NCBI GenBank assembly: GCA_963779845.1
Contig: CAVZZV010000002.1
Span: 53,140 to 117,139, forward strand
Origin: an uncultured Bacteroidales bacterium
Lineage (GTDB): Bacteria > Bacteroidota > Bacteroidia > Bacteroidales > GCA-2748055
DNA length: 64,000 nucleotides
Reading direction: 5' to 3'
Below, one piece after another: positions 29,149 to 39,081 of this stretch (the first letter of the stretch is position 1; every line of letters starts with the position of its first letter). A model generated the notes under the pieces. That model ran no database searches. It was not told where the DNA came from and was given only the letters and a program-made list of their open reading frames with translations. The position numbers were made by a program, and so were the translations under genes.

Positions 29149-29820
29149 TTACCAGTTTATGCTGTCTTTTCCCATTTCTTCGAGAAGACGGTTGGTTTTT
29201 GTGAAATGACGGCAGCCAAAAAAGCCATTATAGGCCGATAAAGGGGATGGGTGGGGTGCCAGCAGGATATGATGTTTATTTTTATCAATCAGGGCCGATT
29301 TATTTTGGGCGAACCTGCCCCATAGGAGAAAAATCAGCCCCTCTTTTTGAAGAGAGAGGTTTCTGATAACCTCATCGGTAAAGGTTTCCCATCCCCGGCC
29401 CTGGTGTGAACCTGCCTGATTAGCCCGTACTGTCAGGGTGGCATTCAGAAGTAAAACTCCTTGCACCGCCCAATGTTCCAGGTTTCCGTTTACTGGTGGA
29501 GGGCAATTCATATCGGCTGAAATTTCCTTAAAAATATTCACCAGTGAAGGGGGCGGCTTAACCCCTTCAGGAACTGAAAAGCACAGACCGTGGGCCTGAC
29601 CTGCTCCGTGATATGGATCCTGACCAATGATGACGACCTTTACCCGGTCAAATGGAGTAAGGTTAAAGGCATTGAAAATAAGATCTCCGGGAGGATATAC
29701 CGGAGCTGTGGCTTTCTCTTCAAGCAGGAATAATTTTAAACGTCCAAAATATTCCCGGCTGAATTCATCTTTTAGTATTTCTTTCCAGCTCGGATGGATT
29801 TTGGGATCAACAGGAGGCAT
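29149..29820 (-). CDS. ung: Uracil-DNA glycosylase (family 1)
   Basis: 223 aa with GQDPYHGAGQAHGLCFSV, LLLNATLTV and APHPSPLSA. Confidence 0.95.
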   Translation of the reverse strand: MPPVDPKIHPSWKEILKDEFSREYFGRLKLFLLEEKATAPVYPPGDLIFNAFNLTPFDRVKVVIIGQDPYHGAGQAHGLCFSVPEGVKPPPSLVNIFKEISADMNCPPPVNGNLEHWAVQGVLLLNATLTVRANQAGSHQGRGWETFTDEVIRNLSLQKEGLIFLLWGRFAQNKSALIDKNKHHILLAPHPSPLSAYNGFFGCRHFTKTNRLLEEMGKDSINW

Positions 29821-29986
29821 AGCTAATATGTGTTATTACCGGATTTTGTTGTCTTACCGCTGTTGCGGGACCAGAAATAATGAATGTTTTCATTTTCCCC
29901 AAGTTAATGAATTGTAAGTATCTCTTATATAAAGAATTAGAGATATATAAAGCCCCTCATCAGAGTAGATTTCACCCTTGTCAGAA

Positions 29987-32165
29987 TCATGATGACCTGC
30001 GATGGATTTCCGCCAATCCCTCTTTCCTTGCCAGCCCTTCGAGAAACCGGGCCGGGGTGATCGGCAATTGAAAGGTTCTCACCCCTGTTGCGTCAAAGAC
30101 AGCATTGGCTATGGCTGCACCCATACAAATAACGGGAGGCTCACCAGCACCCCCTGAAGGCTGATCCCTTCTTATCCAATAATACCGATTCAATTTTAGG
30201 AATTGAAGAAAAGGGTGTAATCTTATAGGAGTCAAAATTTTGGGTGAATATCTTGCCCCCTTCGAAGGAAATTTCTTCGAAGAGCGCATAGCTAATGCCC
30301 ATGATGGCACAGCTTTCGATTTGAAGAACCGTTCCAAGGGGATTAACAACCAATCCTGCATCCATCGCACATACCACGCGTTCCACATTTATTTCTCCTG
30401 ATTGTTCATCCACGGAAAGCTGAACCATGACTGCCGCCCAGGTGTTAACATCGATTGCACAGGCCATTCCTATTCCTCTCCCGCCCGGGGTCCTGGCAGG
30501 TTCATATCCGAATTTCTCTGCAACTGCCGTGAGCACGTTTATCATCTTTTGATCCTTCATGTTTTTTAACCGGAACTCCAGGGGATCCATACCCGCTTTC
30601 GAGGCCATAATATCGATTTGCGATTCAATGGCGTGCGTGTGGGTATTACAGCCGGGCGCCCTCCAGGAGCCAACGGCAAGAGGCTGTTTCGGCGACTGAC
30701 CCTTTTCCACATTGTAATAGCTCACTTCGAAATCGGGAACATCGTATAAAACTTCGGTCCCCCGCGGATAATTAAAATAGGTATTGAAGTCCCAAAAGGT
30801 AATTTTCCCCTGATCATCTATTCCGGAATTAATGGTGACCAGCCCGGCCGGACGAAACTTATCAAGAAAAAATTCCTCTTCCCGGGTCCAGGCAAGCATG
30901 ACCGGTTTTCCTGATAATTTGGCAAGCAACGCTGCTTCAAGGGCTTGTTGATTATAATTCTTTCCTCCAAAGGCTCCGCCCACAAAAGGGACAATTACCC
31001 TGATATTTTCAATTGGATAATCAACCACCTTTGCAATGTCGGCCTGAAGGTAAAAGGGCGACTGAGTCGAGGCCCAAACAGTCATTTTGTCCCCTTCAGG
31101 ATTCGCCAGGGCTGTATGAGTTTCTATGGGGGCATGGGCTACATAACTATTATGATATTCGTGTTGGAAGGTTTCCTTTGATTTTCGCATTCCCTCAGCA
31201 AGTGTTCCCTTAGAGCTGAGGGGTATTCTTTCCGCCTTTGCATGGTGCATCCAATCGAAAATTGTTTGCTCGTTCACCTCTTCTTCACTAAAGGAATACT
31301 CTGCCTTTACTTTGGTAATCGCCACATCGGCCGTATCCCTGTTTTCATGAAGAATTGCAACCAAATCCCCTTCCTGTATTATTTGCACTCCGGAAATTTC
31401 TTCGGCAGCCGAGGTATCAGCATGGACCAATTTCGCGTTATGAGAGGGAGGCCTGAGAATCCGGGCATGAACCATTCCCGGGATTTTAAGATCTCCTGTA
31501 AACAATGCTTTACCCGTCACCTTGTTGACTAATCCAAGTCGTGGAAGAGAAATTCCGATAGTATTGAATTTCTTATGATCCAGTAGGACCGGTTCGTCGG
31601 TGATATGCCGCTCAATCTGTTTCCCCTTTGAAATCTCTTCATAGCGGATCAATTTTCGAGGATTTTTTATTTCCCTAACCGTGCCCTTTACCGTTTCAAG
31701 CTTTTCCGGGGGAATACCCATTTCTTCCGAGGCCAGTTGAACCAGAACCTCCCGTGCCTCTGCCGCAGCCTTACGCATAGCCAAACCAAACTTGCGGATG
31801 CTTGTTGATCCGCTGGTTCCGCTATCCCACGGGCATAAAGCGGTATCGCCCATAACCAGGTCCACATTCTCAAATTCAACACATAGTTCATCGGCCAGAA
31901 GCTGCATAATGGGCACGCGGTTTCCCTGTCCCATATCGATCTTGCCGGTAAAGCCCGTTACTTTCCCGTTTTCATTTATGTGCAGGAATGCGTTAAAGTC
32001 GGTAGGGACCTTCGGGGCAGGGGCAGGGTGGGTAGGGGTATCCCGGCCGGATGAGTTCCAAGGATGAACAAAAATAAAGATTCCTCCCCCTAAAAGCCTG
32101 AAGAATTCTTTTCGGTTCATCCTGAATTTTTCCTTTGCGTTGATTTTCACTTTTGATTTTCCCAT
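29987..32165 (-). pseudogene. Molybdopterin-binding large subunit of a xanthine-dehydrogenase-family oxidoreductase (IorB/aldehyde-oxidase-like), with a frameshift near 30166-30168
   Basis: ORF 30141..32165 carries a Tat-like signal MNRKEFFRLLGGGIFIF. ORF 29987..30388 contains ...DQPSGGAGEPPVICMGAAIANAVFDATGVRTFQLP. Removing one G from the run at 30166-30168 joins ...SVLLDKK to DQPSGGAGEPPV. Confidence 0.75.
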
Positions 32166-32167
32166 TT

Positions 32168-32644
32168 TTAGAGTCCTCCTTTTATTTCTTTAGCGGCTGT
32201 CGAAACGGCCCGCACGATTCGGGGATGAGCTCCGCACCGGCATAAATTATCCCCCATACCCTTAATGATTATTTTCTCCGAAGGATCGGGGTTTTGGTTC
32301 AGCAGGGAAACCGCTGTCATGATCATCCCAGGGGTGCAGAAGCCACATTGCATGGCATCGTTCTCAATGAAGGCCTGTTGAACAGGGTGAAGGGTTCCGT
32401 TTTTTTCGAGTCCTTCAATGGTGGTCACTTTACGTCCTTCAGCCTCAGAAACCGGTGTGCTGCAGGAATATACAGCCTCGCCGTCGATTAAAACTGTACA
32501 GGCACCGCAGAACCCTATTCCGCAGCCATACTTGGTTCCGGTAAGTCCAAAATGATCCCTGAGCACCCAAAGGAGTATTCCATTGGGGTCTGTTTGAACT
32601 TCTGCTTTTTTTCCGTTCAGAGTGAACCTTATCATTTGTTCCAT
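32168..32644 (-). CDS. [2Fe-2S]-binding small subunit of the same oxidoreductase (IorA-like)
   Basis: 158 aa. The Cys clusters are CGIGFCGACTV and MQCGFCTPGMIM...NLCRCGAHPRI. Confidence 0.9.
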   Translation of the reverse strand: MEQMIRFTLNGKKAEVQTDPNGILLWVLRDHFGLTGTKYGCGIGFCGACTVLIDGEAVYSCSTPVSEAEGRKVTTIEGLEKNGTLHPVQQAFIENDAMQCGFCTPGMIMTAVSLLNQNPDPSEKIIIKGMGDNLCRCGAHPRIVRAVSTAAKEIKGGL

Positions 32645-32658
32645 AAGTGATTTATTTT

Positions 32659-33270
32659 TTAGTTTCCAGTTTTTCCAATCTCTTTTTCAGAGTATATTCT
32701 CTGATAATCCTCCGGGGTATCCATATCTTTGAGCACCCCTTCGAAAGGCAGGTCAACCTCAAGAACATCGGAAGGGAATTTCCCGGCAAGAGCCCGGAGG
32801 CCCTCCTCCGGGGCAAGCTTCCCGATCTCCCCCCGGTATCCGGGGTGAATTAATAGAGGATGACCACGCCTGCCCTTAAAAATGGGGATAACCAATCCTT
32901 TGTCTGATTTCCTGAAGGCCCCGGCCACGGCCCGGATTGCCTCGGGTGGAATCATGGGCTGATCACCCGGAAATATCATTATTGCCTCGGCTTCAGGGGG
33001 GATTGACCGGATGCCGCAAATGACCGACGAGAGCATTCCCTGCTTGTATTTTTCATTATAACAATATTGCACCGGCCATGTTTCAATAAGGGAAATTATC
33101 TCCTCGCTCGCGGCACCAAGAACTACTGAAATATGTTCTATACCTGAATGACTGATATTTTCAAGGGCACACTCTATAATAGTTTTTCCATTAAAAGGCA
33201 AAAGCATTTTCGGTCTTTTCATTCTGACCGACTCTCCGGCGGCTAATACCAAGGCCCAAATATTTGTCAT
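32659..33270 (-). CDS. mocA: MobA-like NTP transferase, probable molybdenum cofactor cytidylyltransferase
   Basis: The start at 33270 (MTNIWALVLAAGESVRMKRPKMLLPF) overlaps the xdhC stop as ATGA. The longer ORF-track start (33393) lies inside xdhC. Confidence 0.75.
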   Translation of the reverse strand: MTNIWALVLAAGESVRMKRPKMLLPFNGKTIIECALENISHSGIEHISVVLGAASEEIISLIETWPVQYCYNEKYKQGMLSSVICGIRSIPPEAEAIMIFPGDQPMIPPEAIRAVAGAFRKSDKGLVIPIFKGRRGHPLLIHPGYRGEIGKLAPEEGLRALAGKFPSDVLEVDLPFEGVLKDMDTPEDYQRIYSEKEIGKTGN

Positions 33271-34349
33271 AAGGATAAATTTGATTTTTTGGAGTTTCTT
33301 ACCTGGATCAGTTGGGCGGCAATGCTGACAGCGATTTCCCCAACGGTTTGGGATTTTATGGCCAGTCCGACGGGCGCATAGATGGATTGCCATTGTTCCT
33401 CGCTGGCCCAGTTGTTCTGAATGAAATTCCGGTGCATCAGCATGACTTTATTCCGGCTGCCTATCATGCCAACGTAAGCCAGGTTGTTTCCTATGCATGG
33501 CCGAAGGGCTTTTTCGTCATCCTTGTGCCCACGGGTAACAATAACCACATAGGTATCGGGTGTTTTTATCAAACCCTTCATAGCCTCACCAACATCAGCC
33601 ACCAGAAAATGGTCGGCTTCAGGAATGTTGTCGGGATTTGCAAATTCAGGGCGGTCATCCACCACCGTAACTTCAAAATCGAGGGTTGCGGCTATCGGGG
33701 CAAGTGCTTTTCCAATATGACCGGCTCCGGCAATTACCAGTTTAGGCAGAGGAAATATAACCTCGAAAAATATAATTATCTCTTTATCCTTTTCAGGGAG
33801 ATAGAATTCCATAACAGCCGTACTGCCTGATCTGCCTTTGGAGAGAAGTTTTTTGATGATCAAATCTGCTTCCCCGGCCCGGGGGTCGGGTATATTAAAT
33901 GCCTCCTTACCGCTTGACCAGAATTTTTTTATCTCTGCTTTTACTTCCTCCCTGTATTCTATCGTGGTAATAAGTACACCGGGAATCCTGTTGTCGAGGG
34001 AATTTTTTAATTGTTTATATACGGAAATATTTTTCAGCGGTTCAGCATCTATTAATACACTTGCCTGACCCCCGCATATAGCATCTTCATCCCGTATAGT
34101 ATCATGGTCGAAATTAAAATGGTAGATTCCGGAATTCCCGGAATTCATCAGCTCCTGGGAAAGCTGTTTTATGCTTTCTTCCAGAATCCCTCCCCCAATG
34201 GTCCCGGTAATAATCCCTTCTTTTGCCACAAGCATCAAGCTTCCTTCCTTCTGCGGAGTTGAGCCGGAGGTTTTGATGATTAAAGCCATGGCAAGAGGGT
34301 GGCGGCCGGCATCAAGAGCATCAGTGAATTTTTTGGATGAATAGAGCAT
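33267..34349 (-). CDS. xdhC: XdhC/CoxI-family molybdoenzyme maturation protein
   Basis: 360 aa. It has an N-terminal XdhC_CoxI-like segment and a Rossmann segment LVIAGAGHIGKALAPIA. Confidence 0.8.
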   Translation of the reverse strand: MLYSSKKFTDALDAGRHPLAMALIIKTSGSTPQKEGSLMLVAKEGIITGTIGGGILEESIKQLSQELMNSGNSGIYHFNFDHDTIRDEDAICGGQASVLIDAEPLKNISVYKQLKNSLDNRIPGVLITTIEYREEVKAEIKKFWSSGKEAFNIPDPRAGEADLIIKKLLSKGRSGSTAVMEFYLPEKDKEIIIFFEVIFPLPKLVIAGAGHIGKALAPIAATLDFEVTVVDDRPEFANPDNIPEADHFLVADVGEAMKGLIKTPDTYVVIVTRGHKDDEKALRPCIGNNLAYVGMIGSRNKVMLMHRNFIQNNWASEEQWQSIYAPVGLAIKSQTVGEIAVSIAAQLIQVRNSKKSNLSL

Positions 34350-34458
34350 ATAAACTGACCAGGTTAAAAAGGATCAATGTAAACCATTCGGTATGCAAGA
34401 TATCATTTTTTTTCAATGGAAGAAAAGTCTGTTAGTTGCCAGCCAGGATAAAATTCAT

Positions 34459-34466
34459 TAATTTTG
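34459..34466 (+). promoter_or_regulatory. Bacteroidota -7 promoter box (TAnnTTTG)
   Basis: TAATTTTG lies 21 nt upstream of the ATG at 34487. It is located after the ORF-track TTG start, which argues for the ATG start. Confidence 0.45.
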
Positions 34467-34486
34467 CATTCTAATTGTTTTACTCG

Positions 34487-34702
34487 ATGGCGCTTTTTAG
34501 GATTTTATTAATATTTCTCCTTATATATTTTGTTTTCAAAATTATTGGCAGGATGATTTTTCCGGCTGCAGGGAGAAGCAATCACTTTTTTGAGGATCAA
34601 AGAGATAAGGAGGGAGATGTGATCGTTGAAGACAAATCTGCCGGAAACAAAAAAGTAAGTGATAAGGAAGGGGAATATATTGATTTTGAAGAAATTGATT
34701 AA
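34487..34702 (+). CDS. Small membrane protein (DUF4834-like)
   Basis: MALFRILLIFLLIYFVFKIIGRMIFP is followed by an acidic tail ending DFEEID. The family name is from memory. Confidence 0.55.
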   Translation: MALFRILLIFLLIYFVFKIIGRMIFPAAGRSNHFFEDQRDKEGDVIVEDKSAGNKKVSDKEGEYIDFEEID

Positions 34703-34707
34703 AACTT

Positions 34708-35259
34708 TCAGATTTTCCTGCGCAGGTTTAAAATACTCATGATTGCTTCCCCGGATTTTCTGGGAGAGGTTTTCTGTACCTCCTCCACGAAAGCTTCGGT
34801 AATCTTAAATTTCTCCACAACGTTTTCAATCATTTTTCGCCTGCAGGTAAAAATCAGGATTCCGTTAAATTGTTTTAATACCTGTTGAAATGATTCATGC
34901 CAGATCTGTTCCATTAACTCAAGAGGGCCGATTTCGTCGATCATCAATATAGGTGCCTTGTCCGCAATCGCAGATAGGATAATATCATTTCCCTCTTTAA
35001 TCGCCTCCGGATTAAAGTAAAAATCGCCTGCCCGGATATAGTCAGGAGCAGGCTTGCGGGAGGCCAGATGGATTTCCGCATTAGTTCCCAGTGCTTTGAG
35101 GATAAAGTCTTTCTGGCCATCATCATTGAAAGTCCCGTAACTGATAAATCCCCTGATATCATTCTCAAAAAGGGAAAGAAAGCTGTATATATCGCTTAGG
35201 AACATGGTTTTACCGCTACTTCGGGGGCCGGAAATGATGAAAATGGTTTGTTTCGGCAT
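34708..35259 (-). CDS. P-loop NTPase (THEP1/DUF2478-like)
   Basis: 183 aa with Walker A IISGPRSSGKT and Walker B-like ILMIDEIGPLE. Confidence 0.55.
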   Translation of the reverse strand: MPKQTIFIISGPRSSGKTMFLSDIYSFLSLFENDIRGFISYGTFNDDGQKDFILKALGTNAEIHLASRKPAPDYIRAGDFYFNPEAIKEGNDIILSAIADKAPILMIDEIGPLELMEQIWHESFQQVLKQFNGILIFTCRRKMIENVVEKFKITEAFVEEVQKTSPRKSGEAIMSILNLRRKI

Positions 35260-35271
35260 AGGTAAGGGAAA

Positions 35272-36027
35272 TCAGGATTTTAGCTCTTTTAATTTTTTCG
35301 CGAGGTTGGTGGCAAAAACAAAATTATTTAGCTCTTCGCAATCTGTCTGCATGATCTCTTCATTAGAGCCTTCCCACAATTTTTTTCCTTCAAAGATGAA
35401 GATCACCTTGGCCCCGATTTCCATTACAGAATTCATGTCGTGGGTATTGACGATAGTGGTTATCTGAAATTCTTCTGTAATTTCTTTAATGAGGTTATCA
35501 ATGAGTATAGCTGTTTTTGGGTCAAGTCCGGAATTTGGTTCGTCGCAGAAAAGGTATTTGGGATTAAGGGCAATAGCCCTTGCAATAGCGACCCTTTTTT
35601 GCATTCCTCCACTTAGTTCGGAAGGAAACAGATTGTTTGCTTCAAGGATGTTCACTCTGTCCAGGCAAAAATTTACCCGGTCCATTTTCTCCTTGTAATT
35701 AAGCTCGGTGAACATATTCAGGGGAAACATGACATTTTTTTCAACAGTCAGAGAATCAAACAATGCCGAGCCCTGGAACAGCATGCCGATTTCTTTTCTC
35801 ACCTCTTTTTTTGCTTTAAAGGAAAGATCGTTATACAGCCTTCCGTCGAACAATATTTCGCCCTCATCAATATCGAGGAGTCCCACGATAGATTTTAGCA
35901 AAACGGTCTTACCTGAACCACTCTGACCGATGATGAGGTTCGTCTGGCCTTTTTCGAACACGACCGAGACATCATCCAATACTATATTCTCGTCAAACCG
36001 TTTGGTAAGGTGTTTTACCTCAATCAT
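35272..36027 (-). CDS. mlaF: ABC transporter ATP-binding protein, MlaF-like
   Basis: 251 aa with Walker A GQSGSGKT, signature LSGGMQKR and Walker B LFCDEP. It has a 4-nt overlap with the upstream permease. Confidence 0.8.
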   Translation of the reverse strand: MIEVKHLTKRFDENIVLDDVSVVFEKGQTNLIIGQSGSGKTVLLKSIVGLLDIDEGEILFDGRLYNDLSFKAKKEVRKEIGMLFQGSALFDSLTVEKNVMFPLNMFTELNYKEKMDRVNFCLDRVNILEANNLFPSELSGGMQKRVAIARAIALNPKYLFCDEPNSGLDPKTAILIDNLIKEITEEFQITTIVNTHDMNSVMEIGAKVIFIFEGKKLWEGSNEEIMQTDCEELNNFVFATNLAKKLKELKS

Positions 36028-36765
36028 GATAATATGAGTTTAGTAAGGATAAGATTCGAAAGTAAAACCAGGATACTGCTATAAACGACGGCCTTGGTAC
36101 TAGACCGGCCTACTTCCAGAGCCCCCCCTTCCGCGTAATATCCCTGGAAGGCAGAGACCGTGACGATGATAAAGGCGTAGAAAAATACTTTTGTGATAGC
36201 ATAACTAATGTAGTGAGGATAAAAAGCAAATTGAATTCCGGTAACATAATCGGCCGGGGACATAATTTCAGTGAAAAGGCAGGTAAGATAACCACCCAGG
36301 ATACCTACAAACATGCTTAACAGAGAAAGTATAGGGAAGAAAAACAATGCCGCAATGATTTTTGGAAGCACGAGGTAACTGGCGGAGTTGACGCCCATAA
36401 TTTCAAGGGCATCTATTTGTTCCGAGATCCGCATGGTCCCGATTTCGGAGGCAATGCTTGAGCCGACTTTACCGGCGAGGATCAGGGCAACCATGGTGGA
36501 GGAAAATTCAAGAAGAAGTGAATCTCTAACCGTTACCCCCACGAGATAGGAGGGAAGGAGGGGGTTCTCCAAGGTTATAATTTGTCTGAATGGTGATCAC
36601 AGCCCCCACGAAAATGGAAATCACTACCACTATACTAAAGGAATCGATACCAATTTTTTCAATTTCCCGAATCGTCTGGCGATAATATATTCCTTTCTTT
36701 TCGGGCCGGGCAAAAACTTTTACCAGCAATAAAAAATATTTCCCGGCCTGCTCAAAAAACTTCAT
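36024..36765 (-). pseudogene. mlaE: MlaE-like ABC permease with a 1-nt frameshift near 36569-36574
   Basis: ORF 36526..36828 (probable start MKFFEQAGKYFLLL at 36765) ends ...ITIQTNYNLGEPPP...*. The next frame continues ENPLLPSYLVGVTVRDSLLLEFSSTMVALILAGKVGS. Deleting one G restores NYNL-ENPLLP. Confidence 0.75.
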
Positions 36766-36977
36766 ATAGTATAATTTTTCGTAAAAATAACAATTATCTT
36801 CCTGAAGTCCATTTTCTGCATCAAACAATTGCTTTTATTAAATGTTCCTTTTTAGGGAAAAAACAATACTTTTGAAAAATATTGAAGATTCAGATGTTTT
36901 AGATGCAGCCCAATCGCTGCAGCAATATATATTTTATAATGTGGACAGAAGTATAACTTCATCTTAATTTTGAATTT

Positions 36978-38069
36978 ATGAATAACCATGATTATTGTGT
37001 TATTATGGCCGGAGGGATTGGCAGCCGTTTCTGGCCTTTGAGCCGTTCCTCAAAACCAAAACAATTTCTCGACATCCTGGGAATGGGGAAGAGCCTTCTT
37101 CAGCAAACTTTTGAGAGATTTGAATCTATTATCCCCATGGACAATATTTATATTGTCAGCAATGCGGAATACGCAGAGGTGATAATGGAACAATTGCCGG
37201 AGTTGAATCCCGACAATATCCTCCTGGAGCCTTTGAGAAGGAATACCGCCCCATGCATTGCCTACGCGGCCTACAGGATTTTAAAAAGGGATCCGCAGGC
37301 CCGCATGGTTGTGGCACCTTCCGACCATCTGATCACGAAGGAGAAAATATTTCAGGATGTGGTTATGGAAGGTTTGAATTTCGTGGGCAATAATAATGCC
37401 TTGCTTACCATTGGTATAAAACCTTCGAGGCCGGAGACGGGCTATGGATACATCCAGGTGAATTCGGAACAAATTAAGTCCGGTAAGTCCATCATGCGAA
37501 AAGTGAAAACATTCACAGAAAAGCCTGATCGAAAACTGGCAGAGGTTTTTGTTGAAAGTGGAGAATTTTTCTGGAATGCAGGGATCTTTTTTTGGTCTGT
37601 AAAAGCAATTAATGAAGCATTTAGCATTCATTTACCGGAAGTGTCCCGTGTTTTCGCTGAAGGTATGGATCATTATGGGACCAAAAGCGAAAAAAGCTTT
37701 GTGGAGAAAACATATTCTGCATGCAAAAATATTTCCATCGATTATGGGATCATGGAAAAGGCCGAGAATGTGTTTGTCCTCACCGCCGATTTTGGCTGGT
37801 CTGACCTTGGAACCTGGGGTTCATTGTACGACCAGGTTGAAAAGGACGGGGATAAGAATGCGGTAATGGGGAAAAATGTATTCCTCTATGATGTGGAGAA
37901 TACATTAGTGAATGCCCCAAGGGAAAAGCTGGTAGTTATACAGGGTATTGATAACTGTATAATTGTGGACAGTCCGGATGTATTGCTGATCTGCAAAACA
38001 AGTGAAGAACAGCGTATCAAGAATTTCGTGAACGATGTAAAAATTGGGAAGGGAGAGGTTTACATTTAG
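36978..38069 (+). CDS. manC: Mannose-1-phosphate guanylyltransferase
   Basis: 363 aa. The N-terminus is CVIMAGGIGSRFWPLSR, the nucleotidyltransferase motif. A TAATTTTG box lies at 36965-36972. Confidence 0.85.
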   Translation: MNNHDYCVIMAGGIGSRFWPLSRSSKPKQFLDILGMGKSLLQQTFERFESIIPMDNIYIVSNAEYAEVIMEQLPELNPDNILLEPLRRNTAPCIAYAAYRILKRDPQARMVVAPSDHLITKEKIFQDVVMEGLNFVGNNNALLTIGIKPSRPETGYGYIQVNSEQIKSGKSIMRKVKTFTEKPDRKLAEVFVESGEFFWNAGIFFWSVKAINEAFSIHLPEVSRVFAEGMDHYGTKSEKSFVEKTYSACKNISIDYGIMEKAENVFVLTADFGWSDLGTWGSLYDQVEKDGDKNAVMGKNVFLYDVENTLVNAPREKLVVIQGIDNCIIVDSPDVLLICKTSEEQRIKNFVNDVKIGKGEVYI

Positions 38070-38073
38070 TATT

Positions 38074-38976
38074 CTAGTATTCCCACAAATCGTGTTCGAA
38101 ATTGAAGATTTCACCTTTAATTCTTTCGGCCTCATAGAGTATATCATCGCCAGTCAGGTAATCCGGGATAAAGCGGTTATCGAACTGGTTTGATTCTGCA
38201 TATATGAAGGAGGCAAACCTTCTCTGCATGATCAGATCGTCAAAAGAGATATTTTGCGAATCGTTGTGTGGATTGAAAACTTCGTATTTTGCAAACAGAT
38301 CCCTGTATTCCGGAAAATATATCCAGAAAAGCACTTCGCGTGTTACTTCAGGGGAGGTGGTGATATTTCCATTCACATCCACCAGCTGGCGGTTAAATAC
38401 CTTTATCGGGGCGATTCCCATGATCCTGACTTTCATCGTAGAAGCCTGTTTATCGAAGAACCATTTCTCTTTTACCAGCAATTGCTTCACATCCGGGGTA
38501 TTGATCCTGACCTGTTCATCCGGTGTACCTTTAAACAGGGTGTCGGCTCCCAGTTTGGTTATGATCTCGTTCATCCCGATAAGGGTTTCGGTCTGAAATA
38601 ACTGGTATTTATCATCCTTATAGGCATGAAGGTTCTCTTCGTTTATCCCATGAAAAATAAGGCTGATAAGGCTCATTCGCTGATTAATCGGATTTAACGG
38701 ATAGTACAATGGTTGGTTCATCTTCTCGCGAAGGTCAATAATCCTCCAGATATCTTTAGACCACATTACATCTGCTTCCCTGATGGGAGCGTAGGGGATG
38801 GCCTTTTTCTGTGGAATATGGATATTCTCATAGACATTGTAGATGTCCGGTACCCCGGCGTTCATTTGCGGGTTTCCCTGCGCAGGCTGGGTTGTCTGTG
38901 TAACTCCTGTCTGGCCGTTAACCATCAATGTAAATCCGGCTAAAACAGCTATACACGTTACAGCAATTTTATTCAT
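38074..38976 (-). CDS. gldN: Gliding motility / T9SS periplasmic ring protein GldN (PorN)
   Basis: The probable start is MNKIAVTCIAVLAGF, a signal peptide. It is the last gene of the gldKLMN order. The ORF track extends it by 32 in-frame codons (see findings). Confidence 0.85.
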   Translation of the reverse strand: MNKIAVTCIAVLAGFTLMVNGQTGVTQTTQPAQGNPQMNAGVPDIYNVYENIHIPQKKAIPYAPIREADVMWSKDIWRIIDLREKMNQPLYYPLNPINQRMSLISLIFHGINEENLHAYKDDKYQLFQTETLIGMNEIITKLGADTLFKGTPDEQVRINTPDVKQLLVKEKWFFDKQASTMKVRIMGIAPIKVFNRQLVDVNGNITTSPEVTREVLFWIYFPEYRDLFAKYEVFNPHNDSQNISFDDLIMQRRFASFIYAESNQFDNRFIPDYLTGDDILYEAERIKGEIFNFEHDLWEY

Positions 38977-39069
38977 CCGTACGAAATTTCTTTTCAATGG
39001 CCGGATGGAGCTCGCATGTACATTCTGGTCATGCGAAGTTGTGTTTTTGTAAATACATGCTCGGTTCAT
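38974..39069 (-). promoter_or_regulatory. gldM-gldN intergenic element: 28-nt conserved box plus two hairpins
   Basis: The box (minus strand) is ATGAACCGAGCATGTATTTACAAAAACA at 39042-39069. Hairpin 1 is TCGCATG/CATGCGA at 39012-39036. Hairpin 2 is CATCCG/CGGATG at 38974-39007, and its 3' arm contains the gldN ATG. Confidence 0.6.
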
Positions 39070-39081
39070 CACTATGTAGTA

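Noticed and set aside
34350-34474. Possible Moco riboswitch upstream of the xdhC-mocA-iorAB string
   Set aside because: The roughly 125-nt leader is AT-rich and lacks the conserved GC-rich helices and CCUCC-type elements I associate with the Moco motif. It is also too short once the divergent promoter is subtracted. Only an Infernal scan could settle it.
36965-36972. TAATTTTG -7 box only 5 nt before the manC ATG, implying a leaderless mRNA or a downstream start at 37005
   Set aside because: Homologous ManC proteins, as I remember them, start a few residues before the IMAGGxGxRFWP motif. This fits the start at 36978. A single 8-mer match in AT-rich DNA is weak evidence, so the annotated start is kept.
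38977-39072. N-terminal extensions of GldN (32 codons) and GldK (44 codons, 43023-43154) as given by the ORF track
   Set aside because: The extensions would place 30-45 residues in front of otherwise canonical signal and lipoprotein peptides (MNKIAVTCIAVLAGF; MKNFLTLLSMLAILGSC), which is not compatible with normal export. I annotate the downstream ATGs as the starts. The fact that both extensions are in frame and begin with the same MNRACxYKN is kept as part of the leader-element finding rather than dismissed.
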